Positions 36,204 through 46,191 are shown, counted from the first letter of the stretch. The stretch is DNA of 59,260 nt from an uncultured virus (IMG/VR IMGVR_UViG_2061766007_004337) (IMGVR_UViG_2061766007_004337), one strand, 5' to 3'. Program-made: numbers and translations. The notes: a model not told the origin generated them from the letters alone.

Positions 36204-37805
36204 TCACAGGAAGAGCAATCCCCGGTTATCGTAGACTGAGGCGCCGGTATCATTGCCACAGCGAATGGCGCGGTCGAGACCCATGATGGTTGCGACCGCG
36301 CCGTCTATTTTTTCTGTGGATTTTTCCTTGTCCGCCTTGATGTTGCCCGCCGGGTCTGTCCGAATGTAGATGTTGTCCATCATCCAGCGAAGGACCGGGT
36401 GTCCGCCGTGGGCGATCCTCTGCTCCAGCACGAGCTTCATCAGCTCTTTCGTCGGCGGGCTCATGTCCTTGAAGCCCTGGCCGAAGGGCACGACGGAAAA
36501 GCCCATGCCTTCAAGATCCTGCACCATCTGTGTCGCTCCCCAGCGGTCAAAGGCGATTTCACGGATATTGAAACGCTCACCGAGCCGCTCGATGAACTTT
36601 TCAATAAAGCCATAATGGATCACGTTGCCTTCCGTTGTTTGAAGGAAGCCCTGCCGCTCCCAGACGTCGTACGGAACATGGTCGCGCCGGACACGAAGCT
36701 CCATGTTTTCCTCCGGGATCCAGAAGTACGGAAGCACAGCATACTTATCGTCTTCATCCGCGGGTGGGAAGACCAGCACGAACGCCGTGATATCCGTGGT
36801 GGAGGAGAGGTCGAGCCCGCCATAGCACACCCGGCCCTCCAGCTCGTCCTCATCGACCGGGAAGGCGCACTGGTCCCATTTCTCCATCGGCATCCAGCGC
36901 ACTGACTGCTTGACCCACTGATTCAGCCTGAGCTGCCGGAAGGCGTTCTCCTCGGCGGGATTCTGCCTGGCGGATTCGCACGCCGCCTTGACCTTGTCGA
37001 TGCCGACCGTAATGCCGAGGGACGGATTGGCCTTTTTCCAGACCTTCGGGTCCGTCCAGTCATCGCTCTCGTCGGCACCGAAAATCACTGGGTAAAAGGT
37101 CGGATCGACCTTCCTGCCTTCCAGTATGTCCTTCGCCTTCTGGTGTGTTTCATAGCAGATCGACCTGGTGTCTGTTCCCGCTGTCGTGATCAGAAAATAC
37201 AACGGCTGCATACGGGCGTCGCCGGAGCCCTTTGTCATAACGTCAAAAAGCTTCCGGTTCGGCTGAGTATGCAGCTCGTCGAACACCACGCCATGGATGT
37301 TGAAGCCGTGCTTGGAGTAGGCTTCCGCCGACAGCACCTGGTAAAAGCTGTTTGTGGGTGTATATACAATGCGCTTTGTGGCCGTAAGGATCTTTACGCG
37401 CCGACTCAGAGCGGGAGACATACGGACCATATCCGCCGCGACGTCAAAGACAATGCCGGCCTGCTGACGGTCGGCGGCGCAGCCGTAGACCTCGGCACGC
37501 TCCTCACCGTCAGCGCAGGTGAGCAGAAGCGCGACGGCGGCGGCAAGCTCGGATTTGCCCATCTTCTTGGGGATCTCAACATATGCCGTGTTGAACTGGC
37601 GGTAACCGTTAGGCTTCAGAATACCGAAAATGTCCCGTATGATCTGCTCCTGCCAGTCGATCAGTTCAAAAGGCTTTCCCGCCCAGGTGCCCTTGGTGTG
37701 GCAGAGGTTTTGGATGAAAGCAACGGCATAGTCCGCCGCCTCTTTGTCGTAATATGAGGCTTTGGCCTTGAAGGCAGTGGGTTTGTATCTTTTCAGTTTT
37801 CGCAT
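36204..37805 (-). CDS. terL: Terminase large subunit
   Basis: PKKMGKS Walker A, VVFDELH, GGLDLSSTTD, EKIDGAVA. Confidence 0.97.
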   Translation of the reverse strand: MRKLKRYKPTAFKAKASYYDKEAADYAVAFIQNLCHTKGTWAGKPFELIDWQEQIIRDIFGILKPNGYRQFNTAYVEIPKKMGKSELAAAVALLLTCADGEERAEVYGCAADRQQAGIVFDVAADMVRMSPALSRRVKILTATKRIVYTPTNSFYQVLSAEAYSKHGFNIHGVVFDELHTQPNRKLFDVMTKGSGDARMQPLYFLITTAGTDTRSICYETHQKAKDILEGRKVDPTFYPVIFGADESDDWTDPKVWKKANPSLGITVGIDKVKAACESARQNPAEENAFRQLRLNQWVKQSVRWMPMEKWDQCAFPVDEDELEGRVCYGGLDLSSTTDITAFVLVFPPADEDDKYAVLPYFWIPEENMELRVRRDHVPYDVWERQGFLQTTEGNVIHYGFIEKFIERLGERFNIREIAFDRWGATQMVQDLEGMGFSVVPFGQGFKDMSPPTKELMKLVLEQRIAHGGHPVLRWMMDNIYIRTDPAGNIKADKEKSTEKIDGAVATIMGLDRAIRCGNDTGASVYDNRGLLFL

Positions 37806-37824
37806 TCGTTAGCCTCCGTGGCAC

Positions 37825-37847
37825 AAAAAAAGCCGCCTTAAGGCGAC
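37825..37847 (-). terminator. Terminator directly upstream of terL
   Basis: Minus strand GTCGCC-TTAA-GGCGGC followed by T7. Confidence 0.6.
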
Positions 37848-37902
37848 CGCGTAACGAGATACAGCCCAGACGGGCTGCACTCGGAGTATTCTTTTTTCGT
37901 TC

Positions 37903-38181
37903 TCAGGCGTTCATCGCCCAGAGGATCGCATGGCCTTCATCTTCAAATTCGACTTCGCTGACCGCCGCCAGCCCGATGGTGCTTTCGCAGTCGTGCTCGC
38001 CCTCGTCCAGGAATTCGTAGGCCGCGCCGAAGTAGTGGGGCTTGTTCAGCCCGTTGTAGTAATAGCCTGCCATGATCACCTTGTCTCCAAACCGCAGGGT
38101 CTTGCTCCAGCGGCATTCCAGGTTTTCCGGGGTGGTGGGGTTCGGCAGCCTGAGCTTCCGCATTCCTTCGCTGATCGTCAT
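37903..38181 (-). CDS. Hypothetical phage protein
   Basis: GAGGAGG-like RBS, compact 92-aa ORF. Confidence 0.65.
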   Translation of the reverse strand: MTISEGMRKLRLPNPTTPENLECRWSKTLRFGDKVIMAGYYYNGLNKPHYFGAAYEFLDEGEHDCESTIGLAAVSEVEFEDEGHAILWAMNA

Positions 38182-38196
38182 CCTCGTGGCCTCCTC

Positions 38197-38379
38197 TCAA
38201 ATGCTCTTGCCCCAGGCGAAGCCCTTCTCGGCGCGTTTTGCTCTGAGGAGGCTGAGGAGCCCGGTGAACTGTTCGTGGCTGAGGCGGTAGGCGCTGTAGG
38301 CCTGGCAAATGGCAATGTGCGCGCTCTTGAGGTCGTTCTCGGTCTTGATCCCGGCGATCTGCTTTTTGAATTCCTTCAT
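38197..38379 (-). CDS. Hypothetical protein
   Basis: GGAGG RBS downstream of a repeated promoter-like motif. Confidence 0.6.
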   Translation of the reverse strand: MKEFKKQIAGIKTENDLKSAHIAICQAYSAYRLSHEQFTGLLSLLRAKRAEKGFAWGKSI

Positions 38380-38559
38380 GGTGTTTTCCTCCCTGTTTGC
38401 GGGGCTCTGTGCCCCTTTGCATGTACATATATCACTCTGAACCGCCGGATTATCAAGTAATTTTCACGGAATATATGTACCAAAGAAAGCGGAAGAAAAC
38501 TGTGTATTATAGCGCATACGAGACAAAGGGCCTTCCGGCCCGATGTCTGCCGGTCACCC

Positions 38560-38757
38560 TCAGCCGAAGGTGACCAGACCGGTCTTGTGCCGGAGCGCGG
38601 TATCGGCGCTCTCGCACTTGGCGGTGTCCGCCAGCCACTTGCCGATGCCCGGCGCGTAAAGGATCGGGTCGCCGGTGACCGGGTGGAAATCCACCACAGT
38701 AGCGGTGACACCAAAGTTGGTGACCTGCTGGCCAAGGGTGAGGTTGGGGTTTGTCAT
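38560..38757 (-). CDS. Hypothetical protein
   Basis: AAGGAGG RBS. Confidence 0.6.
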   Translation of the reverse strand: MTNPNLTLGQQVTNFGVTATVVDFHPVTGDPILYAPGIGKWLADTAKCESADTALRHKTGLVTFG

Positions 38758-38798
38758 GGGGATGACCTCCTTGTGAAGTTGTGGGTAGCCCGGCCGGC

Positions 38799-39005
38799 TT
38801 AGAAGCCGACCGTGACCTTGCCGTCCTTCTGAAGGTTGACCGGCTCCCGGATCAAAGCCTCAACCATCTCCTTGCAGGCGATCATGGCGTCCAGCTTGCT
38901 TTTTACGACCCGGTCCTCGAACCCGTATCGCTTGAGCTCCTCCTGAAAATCGTCCATCTGGCTCTGCAGGTAGGCAATCAGGTTCTCTTCGGTGTAGGTT
39001 TTCAT
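38799..39005 (-). CDS. Hypothetical protein
   Basis: GGAGG RBS downstream of a repeated promoter-like motif. Confidence 0.62.
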   Translation of the reverse strand: MKTYTEENLIAYLQSQMDDFQEELKRYGFEDRVVKSKLDAMIACKEMVEALIREPVNLQKDGKVTVGF

Positions 39006-39131
39006 TTTGTTTCCCTCCGTAAAAGTGTCGTTTGACCTTCGGCATGTGTATTAATCACTCTGCGGCGGGAAAATAGCAAGATAAATCGCGGGAATAAATG
39101 TACCAAAGAGTACAGAGGAAAAGTGTGTATT

Positions 39132-39332
39132 TTATCGCATGCTACTGCCATGAATGATGGAGAGAATCTTCTCCTGCTCCTCCTTGCCGATGCCGATGCT
39201 GTCCAGGGCTTGCCGGGTGCCGCAGTCAGGACAGATCAGCGTCTCGTTGTCTTCACGGGAGAGCGCCGGCGGCTCGGCGTAGGTCTTTCCGCACAGCGGG
39301 CAAACCCTGAGTTCTCTGATTTCCGCTTTCAT
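39132..39332 (-). CDS. Small zinc-finger protein
   Basis: CPLCG...PALSR.DN.TLICPDCG. Confidence 0.75.
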   Translation of the reverse strand: MKAEIRELRVCPLCGKTYAEPPALSREDNETLICPDCGTRQALDSIGIGKEEQEKILSIIHGSSMR

Positions 39333-39793
39333 TCTCGCACCTCCATGCTGGCGTCGACAGCGTCCCAGAGCTTCTCCGCGTCAAAACCGAAGGAGCGGTA
39401 ACCGTCGAGACAGGTCTTCATGTAATACTGCGACGGGATCCCGAGCGGCCGGTCCTCATGCATGATATAAGCAAAAACCGGGCGGGTACGCACTTTCCCG
39501 CTGCGGATGCCGGTGATGGGCAGCGTCAGCTCCGCCTTGTAGTAAAAGCGGGGAAAGCCCTCGTAGCGATCCAGGGCGGTCTCATCCCGGGCGGACACCT
39601 CCCAGACAGCAACGGGAACGCTCTCACCCTCGTAAGGCTCAACGGTGAGGTAGGCCCCGGTCTGACTGCCTCTGAACAGAAGCCGGTGATCCGGCAGCTC
39701 GGAGGTCCCGATTATCCGCGCCGTCGGGCAGCGCATCCGCATCTGCGGAATGTTGAGGTTGCTGCCGTACGCAATATAGTATCTTTTCGCCAT
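39329..39793 (-). CDS. Gamma-glutamylcyclotransferase-family protein
   Basis: YIAYGSNL, LDRYEG.P.FY. Confidence 0.88.
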   Translation of the reverse strand: MAKRYYIAYGSNLNIPQMRMRCPTARIIGTSELPDHRLLFRGSQTGAYLTVEPYEGESVPVAVWEVSARDETALDRYEGFPRFYYKAELTLPITGIRSGKVRTRPVFAYIMHEDRPLGIPSQYYMKTCLDGYRSFGFDAEKLWDAVDASMEVRE

Positions 39794-39906
39794 GTGCTGA
39801 TCCTTCCTTTCCGGGGACATACCCCTTCTACCACCGAAAGCCCGCTGTTCAGCGGGTTCGGGGGCCTCTGGGCTGCGTCCTTCAAGCGGCGGCTCTNNNN
39901 NNNNNN

Positions 39907-40779
39907 GCCGGAAGGCTGTGTCTCCGTCAAGGTTGCGGGTCAGAAAATCCCGCGCCGTGGCGAACTCCTCGCCGATGAAGCCGAGCCGGAGGAGCCAGGT
40001 GCGCATCGCGTACTTGGGGTTCTCGTTCTGCTGAGGCTTGGGGCTGGCGGTCCGCACTTCCTTCGCCATCTCGCTGAGCGCGAGGCAAAGTTGAATGTAG
40101 CTCTTCAGCTGTCCGGCGTGGATGCCGTTCTGCCTGCCGCCNNNNNNNNNNNNNNNNNNNNNNNNNNNNNNNNNNNNNNNNNNNNNNNNNNNNNGTTGGC
40201 GTCGTTGCCGGTGTACCAGACGTCCGCGAGGGCGGCCATCGTCCGGGGCTTTCTGCGGTTCAGCGCCGCGAGGAAGGCGGGGTCGACCGTTCTGCAGTAG
40301 CGGTCCATGCGGCCGCGGTCGAGGCGAAGGGCGTCGGCCAGAAGGCTTTCGTGGCTTGCCATGATGTTGGCGAGGTTCCGAAGCGTCTGCGGCGTGTGGC
40401 CCTGGGCTCCGATGTGGATGTGAACTCCGCACCCGCGGGTGGCGTCGCTCTTCGCGCCCGCCTTGCGCAGCCGGCGGCAAAGCTCCTGCAGGAGTTCAAT
40501 GTCGCTGTAGCGGAGGATCGGGGTGACCATCTCGCACTTTTCGCTGTCCGGACCCTGGATGCTGACGTCCCGCTGGAATTTCCACTCGCGGCCCGCGCTG
40601 TCCCAGGCGCTCCAGGTGTAGTAGCCGTTGCGGTGGGCGGTGTCCTCGTATCTGCCGGTTCCGAAGAACTCGGCGGCGAGCTGGGCGGCCGCCTTGCGGG
40701 TGATGCTGTTCATCTCGACCTCGACGCCGATTGTCTGGCTCTTGAGGTTCTCGATCTGCTTTTCGGTCTTGTTCGTCAT
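39907..40779 (-). CDS. Amidoligase (COOH-NH2 ligase type 2), interrupted by assembly gaps
   Basis: IGVEVEM, DVSI, EMVTPIL, CGVHIHIG; the missing middle appears at 43515-43625. Confidence 0.85.
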
Positions 40780-40919
40780 TGCTGTATCCTCCGTTTTCCG
40801 GGGCTGTCCGCTCCCTTTTGGTAGTGTATTAATCACTCTAAACGGAGGATATAGCAAGACAATTCGGAGCCATATACTGCACAAAGATACAGCAGAAAAG
40901 TTGTGTATTTATGCGGCTT

Positions 40920-41138
40920 TCAGAGCTTTCTGACAAGATCCTCACCATAGACAACATTGAGCCTGGAGCCCGTGTCCCAGCGCATCAGGAGACTGCCGGT
41001 ATCGTCAACGCCGAGCACTGTGCCGAGCGTACCTTCGGGCGGCGCCTGGACGTCTTCCATGCGGACAAGCTCCACGCGAGTCCCCTTGGGATACTCACGC
41101 CGGATCCGCTCCACGATCTCCTTACTCGGAAACATCAT
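40920..41138 (-). CDS. DUF4314-like protein
   Basis: YPKGTRVEL..M.D...GTLGTV.GVDD.G...WD.GS.L. Confidence 0.8.
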   Translation of the reverse strand: MMFPSKEIVERIRREYPKGTRVELVRMEDVQAPPEGTLGTVLGVDDTGSLLMRWDTGSRLNVVYGEDLVRKL

Positions 41139-41838
41139 CTTCACGGCCTCCCTTCGCACCGCTTTTGAAGGCAGCGGAGCCTGTCAGGTTTCGGAGCAGA
41201 ATCTTCCGCTCCGTCTTGTAATCGGCCCCGATAAATCCGAGGCGGAGGAGGAAGCAGCGGAAGGCGTACTTCTCGTTGTCGACCGGCTTTTCGTGAGCGT
41301 TTATACGTTTCTGCTCACAGGTCATGGCGCACAGTGCGGAAATAAAATGCGTGTAGGCTTTGATCTCGTCGCTGTCGAGGTTACGGCCGCCAAACCAGGG
41401 GAAGGAAACAAACTCCTCGCCGATGTCAAAGCGGAGGTCCTCGGCTCCGAGCGCCTTCCGGATCAGCGCGCCCTTTGCCTCGAGCAGATTGGTGAGGTTC
41501 GCGGTGTTGACCTTGGCGTGCGGCATGATAACCGTGAGCGCCATTCCGTCAGCCTCCCGCTCCTCATCGGCAGGGTTTTCTTCGGCTTCCGCCGCGGGGA
41601 GCTCATATCGGAAGCCCTCGTCGTAAAGGTGCTCCAGCAGCCGCTCGATTACCTCATCATCGGCTTTGCCGTCGAATGTGAGGTCTCCGTCGCGGCCGAC
41701 GGTGAACCGCTCCACCTCATAGGAAAAGCTGGGCGCGCCGTTGTATTTGACGTCGCTGCCGAGCCAGGCGGCAAGCGTCTGGACCAGGCGCTTGCGCTCT
41801 TTGCCGGGGACTTCGAATTTGATCGTCATGGGGAACAT
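41122..41838 (-). CDS. Conserved clostridial prophage protein
   Basis: NEKYAFRCFLLRLGFIG..YK..RKILL. Confidence 0.75.
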   Translation of the reverse strand: MFPMTIKFEVPGKERKRLVQTLAAWLGSDVKYNGAPSFSYEVERFTVGRDGDLTFDGKADDEVIERLLEHLYDEGFRYELPAAEAEENPADEEREADGMALTVIMPHAKVNTANLTNLLEAKGALIRKALGAEDLRFDIGEEFVSFPWFGGRNLDSDEIKAYTHFISALCAMTCEQKRINAHEKPVDNEKYAFRCFLLRLGFIGADYKTERKILLRNLTGSAAFKSGAKGGREDDVSE

Positions 41839-41921
41839 ACCTCCTTCAATTTGGTATGTACATATACGCTCTGAATGCCTGAAATAGCAACATGATTCGG
41901 AGCCGTATACTGCACAAACAT

Positions 41922-43899
41922 TCAGGAGGAAAACTGGTCATAGTACGCTATGCCTGCCAGCACGAACCATACGCACGGAAGCGCCACGCCGTTGCCCCAG
42001 AGGCGGTAGGCGGCGCTGTCCAAGTACGGAGCCTGCAGCCATTTGACGATCTGGCTGCGGGTCTTCGGCTTCTTAGCCCCAGAGATGACTTCGCGGTAGG
42101 TCTCGAACACATCGGTCCAGAAGGCAATGTCCTCTTCAGTCGGCTCCGCGGTTTCAAGCCCGTCGCACCACCAGTCCGGGAAGCCTTGGAGCCTCGCGCA
42201 TTCGGTGGGGGTAAGGCGTCGCACGATGTAATAGGGCTCGGCGCTCACGACGGGAGGCTCCTTGTACTCGGAAGCCACCAGCGTGTCCACGGCGGGCTCA
42301 TCGGTGAACTTCGTCACGTGGGAGTTCTTCGAGGCGTGGAATACCGGGGCGGCGACACCCTGCTGGTCAGCCGTGTTCAGCGTGAACGCAACATCCTCAC
42401 CGACGCCGCTGCCCTGGGGACCGTTTTTCTCGTTCCGGCCGATCATATTGCCCTGCAAAGAATAGGCTTTTTCCACCACACAGACCCCGCCCTGGTTGCA
42501 GCCGGGGTGCCCGCCGCTCTGATCGAGGGTGCGGGAAGTCTCAGCCACATAAATGCCGGAGTGAGGATTGTCTGAGAGCATAGAATGGCTCTGGTTGGAG
42601 CAGATTCCGAAAACGGTAGGCGCGAACACAGTCTGATCGTTGTTTGTGGCGAGAGTGGCGGATCTCTCTTCCTGCCACAAGGCGCCTTTGCCGCCGCCTT
42701 CCTTGCCGCAGCGGATCTTCAGCGTGTATGCCAGGGGGCCGGCGGGAGTCATGACGAGCGGGACGTTGTTGCCGCCGGTGCCCATGCGCTGCGTCAGCGT
42801 CTGCACCAGGTTGTTCCCGTCGATGCGGATGCGGCAGTCTACGGGGTGGTGTTCCAGGGCAATCGCCGCGGGAACGACCCCGGCACGGAGCGTGGGAGCG
42901 GTCTCCTCCTCGTAGCCGATGGAACGGCTCTTCGCGGAATGCTCCGTGCAGAAGCCCGCCGCGATCACCGGAGGATGGCCGTGGGTCTCGGCGCGGAGTG
43001 TGCCGGAAACATCCTCCGACACATCCATACGGTCGCCGCCCTGGTCGTTCAGGCAGACGCTGCCTGCCGCTCCAACGCCGCTCTCAGGATCACGGGCAGC
43101 TCTTTGCCACGCTTCGAAGCCCTCCGGAGAATACCCAGACAGGCCTTCGGAGTTAAACAGTATGTCTCCGGCACGTTCTCCTGCAAAATCTGCGACAAGA
43201 AAGATCCTTGCTCTGCGCTGGGGTACACCCCAGAATTGAGCGTCGAGAAGGCGGTAAGCCACGCTCCATCCGTCTCCCAGATACACGTCGGCGTAAGGCC
43301 ATCCGTTTTTACCAGGTGCAGGCACCTCGGCGGACGGCTCTTTGACGCCGATGACCGCCTCAAGGACTGCCTTGAAGTCGGCCCCTCCGTTTGAACTGAA
43401 GGCGCCGGGGACGTTCTCCCAGACGCAGTATCTCGGATATTCTCCATTGGTTTTTTCCCTCATTTCTCTGATGATGCGGATCGCCTGATGGAACAGGCCG
43501 GAGCNNNNNNNNNNCTCCGGGGCGTCGAACTGGAAAAGGCGGAACTCAACGGTGCCCTTGGTGAAGGTGGCGTGGAGGTTGAGCATGTGGTAGCGGCTGT
43601 CGTTGTAATGCTGGTTTCTGCCGTANNNNNNNNNNGTCAAGTCCGGCTCTGCGTCCCGCGACCGACATATCCTGACACGGACTGCCGAAGGTGATGATAT
43701 CCACGGGCGGCAGGTCGGCGCCGGAGAGCGCGGACACATCCCCGTAATGAAGCATTTCAGGCAGCCGCTTCGTTGTCACGCGCACGGCGAAGGGCTCCAC
43801 CTCGGAAGCCCAGACAGGCTCGATCCCGGAGAGGATGCCTGCCAAAGGAAAACCCCCGGAGCCGTCAAACAGGCTGCCGAGGGTGAGACGTTTATTCAT
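41922..43899 (-). CDS. DNA (cytosine-5) methyltransferase (foreign fragment scaffolded at 43505-43635)
   Basis: LFDGSGG, GSPCQ, WENV, PQRRARIF, RRLTPTECARLQGFPD, GNGV. Confidence 0.88.
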
Positions 43900-45406
43900 G
43901 TTCTACCTCTTTCACAAGGTCTGAGTAGTTGATCCGCTGCCCGTTCCGTTCTACAAACACCTGTTCTGCGTTTCCAAAGTCTTCGACATATCTGCGGAGG
44001 ATGACGGAGGCATACTTGGGATCGAGTTCCATCATGCGGCAGATCCGCCCGGTCTGTTCACAGGCCATCATGGTCGAGCCGGAGCCGCCGAAAGTGTCAA
44101 TGACAACGCTGTTCTCCTGCGAGGAGTTCTTTATGGGATAGGCCAGCAGGTCGAGCGGCTTGCTCGTCGGATGGTTTTCGTTCCGCTTGGGCTTGGCGTA
44201 GTTCCAGATCGTGGTCTGCTTGCGGTCGGAATACCAGGGGTGCTTCCCGTTTTGAAGGAAGCCGTACAGGATAGGCTCGTGCTNNNNNNNNNNCTGCTTG
44301 CGGTCGGAGTACCATGGATGCTTCCCGTTCTGAAGGAAGCCGTACAGGATCGGCTCGTGCTGCCACTGGTAATCCGAGCGGCCGAGCACCAGGGAGTCCT
44401 TCACCCAGATACAGCATCCGGCGAGGTGGAAGCCTGCGTCGATAAACGCCCGGCGGAAGTTCAGCCCTTCGGTGTCGGCGTGGAATACGTAGGCCGCGCC
44501 GCCTTTCTCGAGCACATCCGCCATGTTCTTGAACGCGGAGAGCAGGAAGGTGTAGAACTCTTCGTTCNNNNNNNNNNGAGAGTCCTTCACCCAGATACAG
44601 CACCCGGCAAGATGGAAGCCGGCGTCGGAAAATGCCCTGCGGAAGTTCAGCCCTTCGGTATCGGCGTGGAATACATAGGCCGCGCCGCCCTTTTCGAGCA
44701 CGCCCGCCATGTTCTTGAACGCGGAGAGCAGGAAGGTGTAGAACTCTTCGTTCTTGATGCTGTCGTTCTGAATCGTCAGGCCGCTGGAGCTTTTGAAAGA
44801 TACACCGTAGGGCGGGTCCGTCACGATCAGGTTCGCGCGGGTGCCGTCCATGAGCTTCTGTACATCTTCCGCTTTGGTGGCGTCGCCGCACATGAGCCTG
44901 TGCCGGCCGACCGTCCACACGTCTCCGGGCTCCACAAACGTAGCCTTCTCCAGCGCGGCGGAGAGGTCATAGCCGTCATCTTTAACGTCGGCGTTTTTAT
45001 CCTCGAAAAGGTCAGCCAGCTCATTCTCGTCAAACCCGGTAAGGAGCGGGTCAAAATCCTCCGCCCGCAGCGACTCGATCTCCACTCGCAGGAGCTCCTC
45101 GTCCCAGCCGGCATCCATGGCCATGCGGTTGTCCGCAATGATGTACGCTTTTTTCTGGACCTCGGTCAGATGATCCGCAAACACGCAGGGAACTTCAGTC
45201 ATGCCTTCCTCTTTGGCGGCAAGCAAACGACCGTGACCGGCGATCACGCCATAGTCACGGTCGATTATGATTGGATTGATAAACCCGAACTCCCGGAGCG
45301 AAGACCTGAGCTTCAAAATCTGTTCCGGGGAGTGGGTGCGCGCGTTGTTGACATAGGGAACAAGCTTCCCGATAGGGACAAGCTGCATTTCAGTCGTGGT
45401 AGTCAC
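43892..45406 (-). CDS. ParB-like N-terminus + N6/N4 DNA methyltransferase (internal duplications at gaps)
   Basis: NNARTH, IAGHGR, TDPPY, HPTSKP, DTFGGSG; GTG overlaps the MetK stop. Confidence 0.88.
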   Translation of the reverse strand: MTTTTEMQLVPIGKLVPYVNNARTHSPEQILKLRSSLREFGFINPIIIDRDYGVIAGHGRLLAAKEEGMTEVPCVFADHLTEVQKKAYIIADNRMAMDAGWDEELLRVEIESLRAEDFDPLLTGFDENELADLFEDKNADVKDDGYDLSAALEKATFVEPGDVWTVGRHRLMCGDATKAEDVQKLMDGTRANLIVTDPPYGVSFKSSSGLTIQNDSIKNEEFYTFLLSAFKNMAGVLEKGGAAYVFHADTEGLNFRRAFSDAGFHLAGCCIWVKDSXXXXNEEFYTFLLSAFKNMADVLEKGGAAYVFHADTEGLNFRRAFIDAGFHLAGCCIWVKDSLVLGRSDYQWQHEPILYGFLQNGKHPWYSDRKQXXXXHEPILYGFLQNGKHPWYSDRKQTTIWNYAKPKRNENHPTSKPLDLLAYPIKNSSQENSVVIDTFGGSGSTMMACEQTGRICRMMELDPKYASVILRRYVEDFGNAEQVFVERNGQRINYSDLVKEVEHE

Positions 45407-46191
45407 GGTCGGATCAGCCCCCATTCGGCAAACTTCTCAAACCCGCCGAGCGACTCGATATACTCCCGGGCGATTTTTACGATCTCCGAGTACGGACGCC
45501 CGTCAATGCTGTCGTCGCCGATAGCGCAGCAGAGCTCCACAGGCCTGCCGGTCTTCTGTGCCTTGAGCCAGGCATAGATGTTGACGCTGACGTCGGCCTT
45601 GCTCAGGTCCTTGCCGTGCAGTCCGCCGCCGGTCACGCTGTCGCCCATATCGGAGCCGAGCTTACGGTTCGTGGCCCCGGTATCCACATCGGTGCCGCCG
45701 GTCCAGTCGCCGAGCGGATTGATCTCCGCGTCTGGGAAAAGACGGTCCAGCACACGGCTGGAGGCATTGCTTTGGCAGATAATGAGCCGGTCATCATCCA
45801 GAATGTACTTTCCGTCATATGGAAAAAGCTCATAGATGAAGCCAGCGGCGTCGGTCAGTTCATCCTGCTCGGCGGTGACGGGGACGCCCTTGAAAATACC
45901 GTTATCTCCACAGCGGATCTTGTCCTGCTGATTCTTGGCGAGGTGGCTGTCCTGGGGCACACGGGTATAGTGTACATTCAGCTTTCCGGCGATGCGGTTT
46001 ACCGCTCTCAGGATAAAGCTGGCCGGGATCCGCACGGAAGACTCGGCTATGATGTAGCAGTTGCCATGGCCGATCAGCACCTCAACCGCGATCTTCGGAT
46101 CATCCTCGAAGGCATACGCCAGGTCTACGATCGCGCCGGCGATACGGTCGGCTATTTTGTCCGGGTGGGACGGGTTCACTTTTTCGTACAT
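45403..46191 (-). CDS. metK: Compact S-adenosylmethionine synthetase-like protein
   Basis: EKVNPSHPDKIAD, CGDNG, DGK, INPLG.WTGG..DTGATNRK, GGGLHGKDLSKAD. Confidence 0.85.
   Translation of the reverse strand: MYEKVNPSHPDKIADRIAGAIVDLAYAFEDDPKIAVEVLIGHGNCYIIAESSVRIPASFILRAVNRIAGKLNVHYTRVPQDSHLAKNQQDKIRCGDNGIFKGVPVTAEQDELTDAAGFIYELFPYDGKYILDDDRLIICQSNASSRVLDRLFPDAEINPLGDWTGGTDVDTGATNRKLGSDMGDSVTGGGLHGKDLSKADVSVNIYAWLKAQKTGRPVELCCAIGDDSIDGRPYSEIVKIAREYIESLGGFEKFAEWGLIRP

Noticed and set aside
39329..40480. 383-aa amidoligase-GGCT fusion ORF
   Set aside because: Reads through N gaps; GGCT has its own RBS and ATG at 39793
43515..43625. Apparent amidoligase-like insertion (intein or fusion) in the C5 methyltransferase
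   Set aside because: Bounded by N gaps on both sides and matches the piece missing from the amidoligase at 40142-40194; scaffolding error
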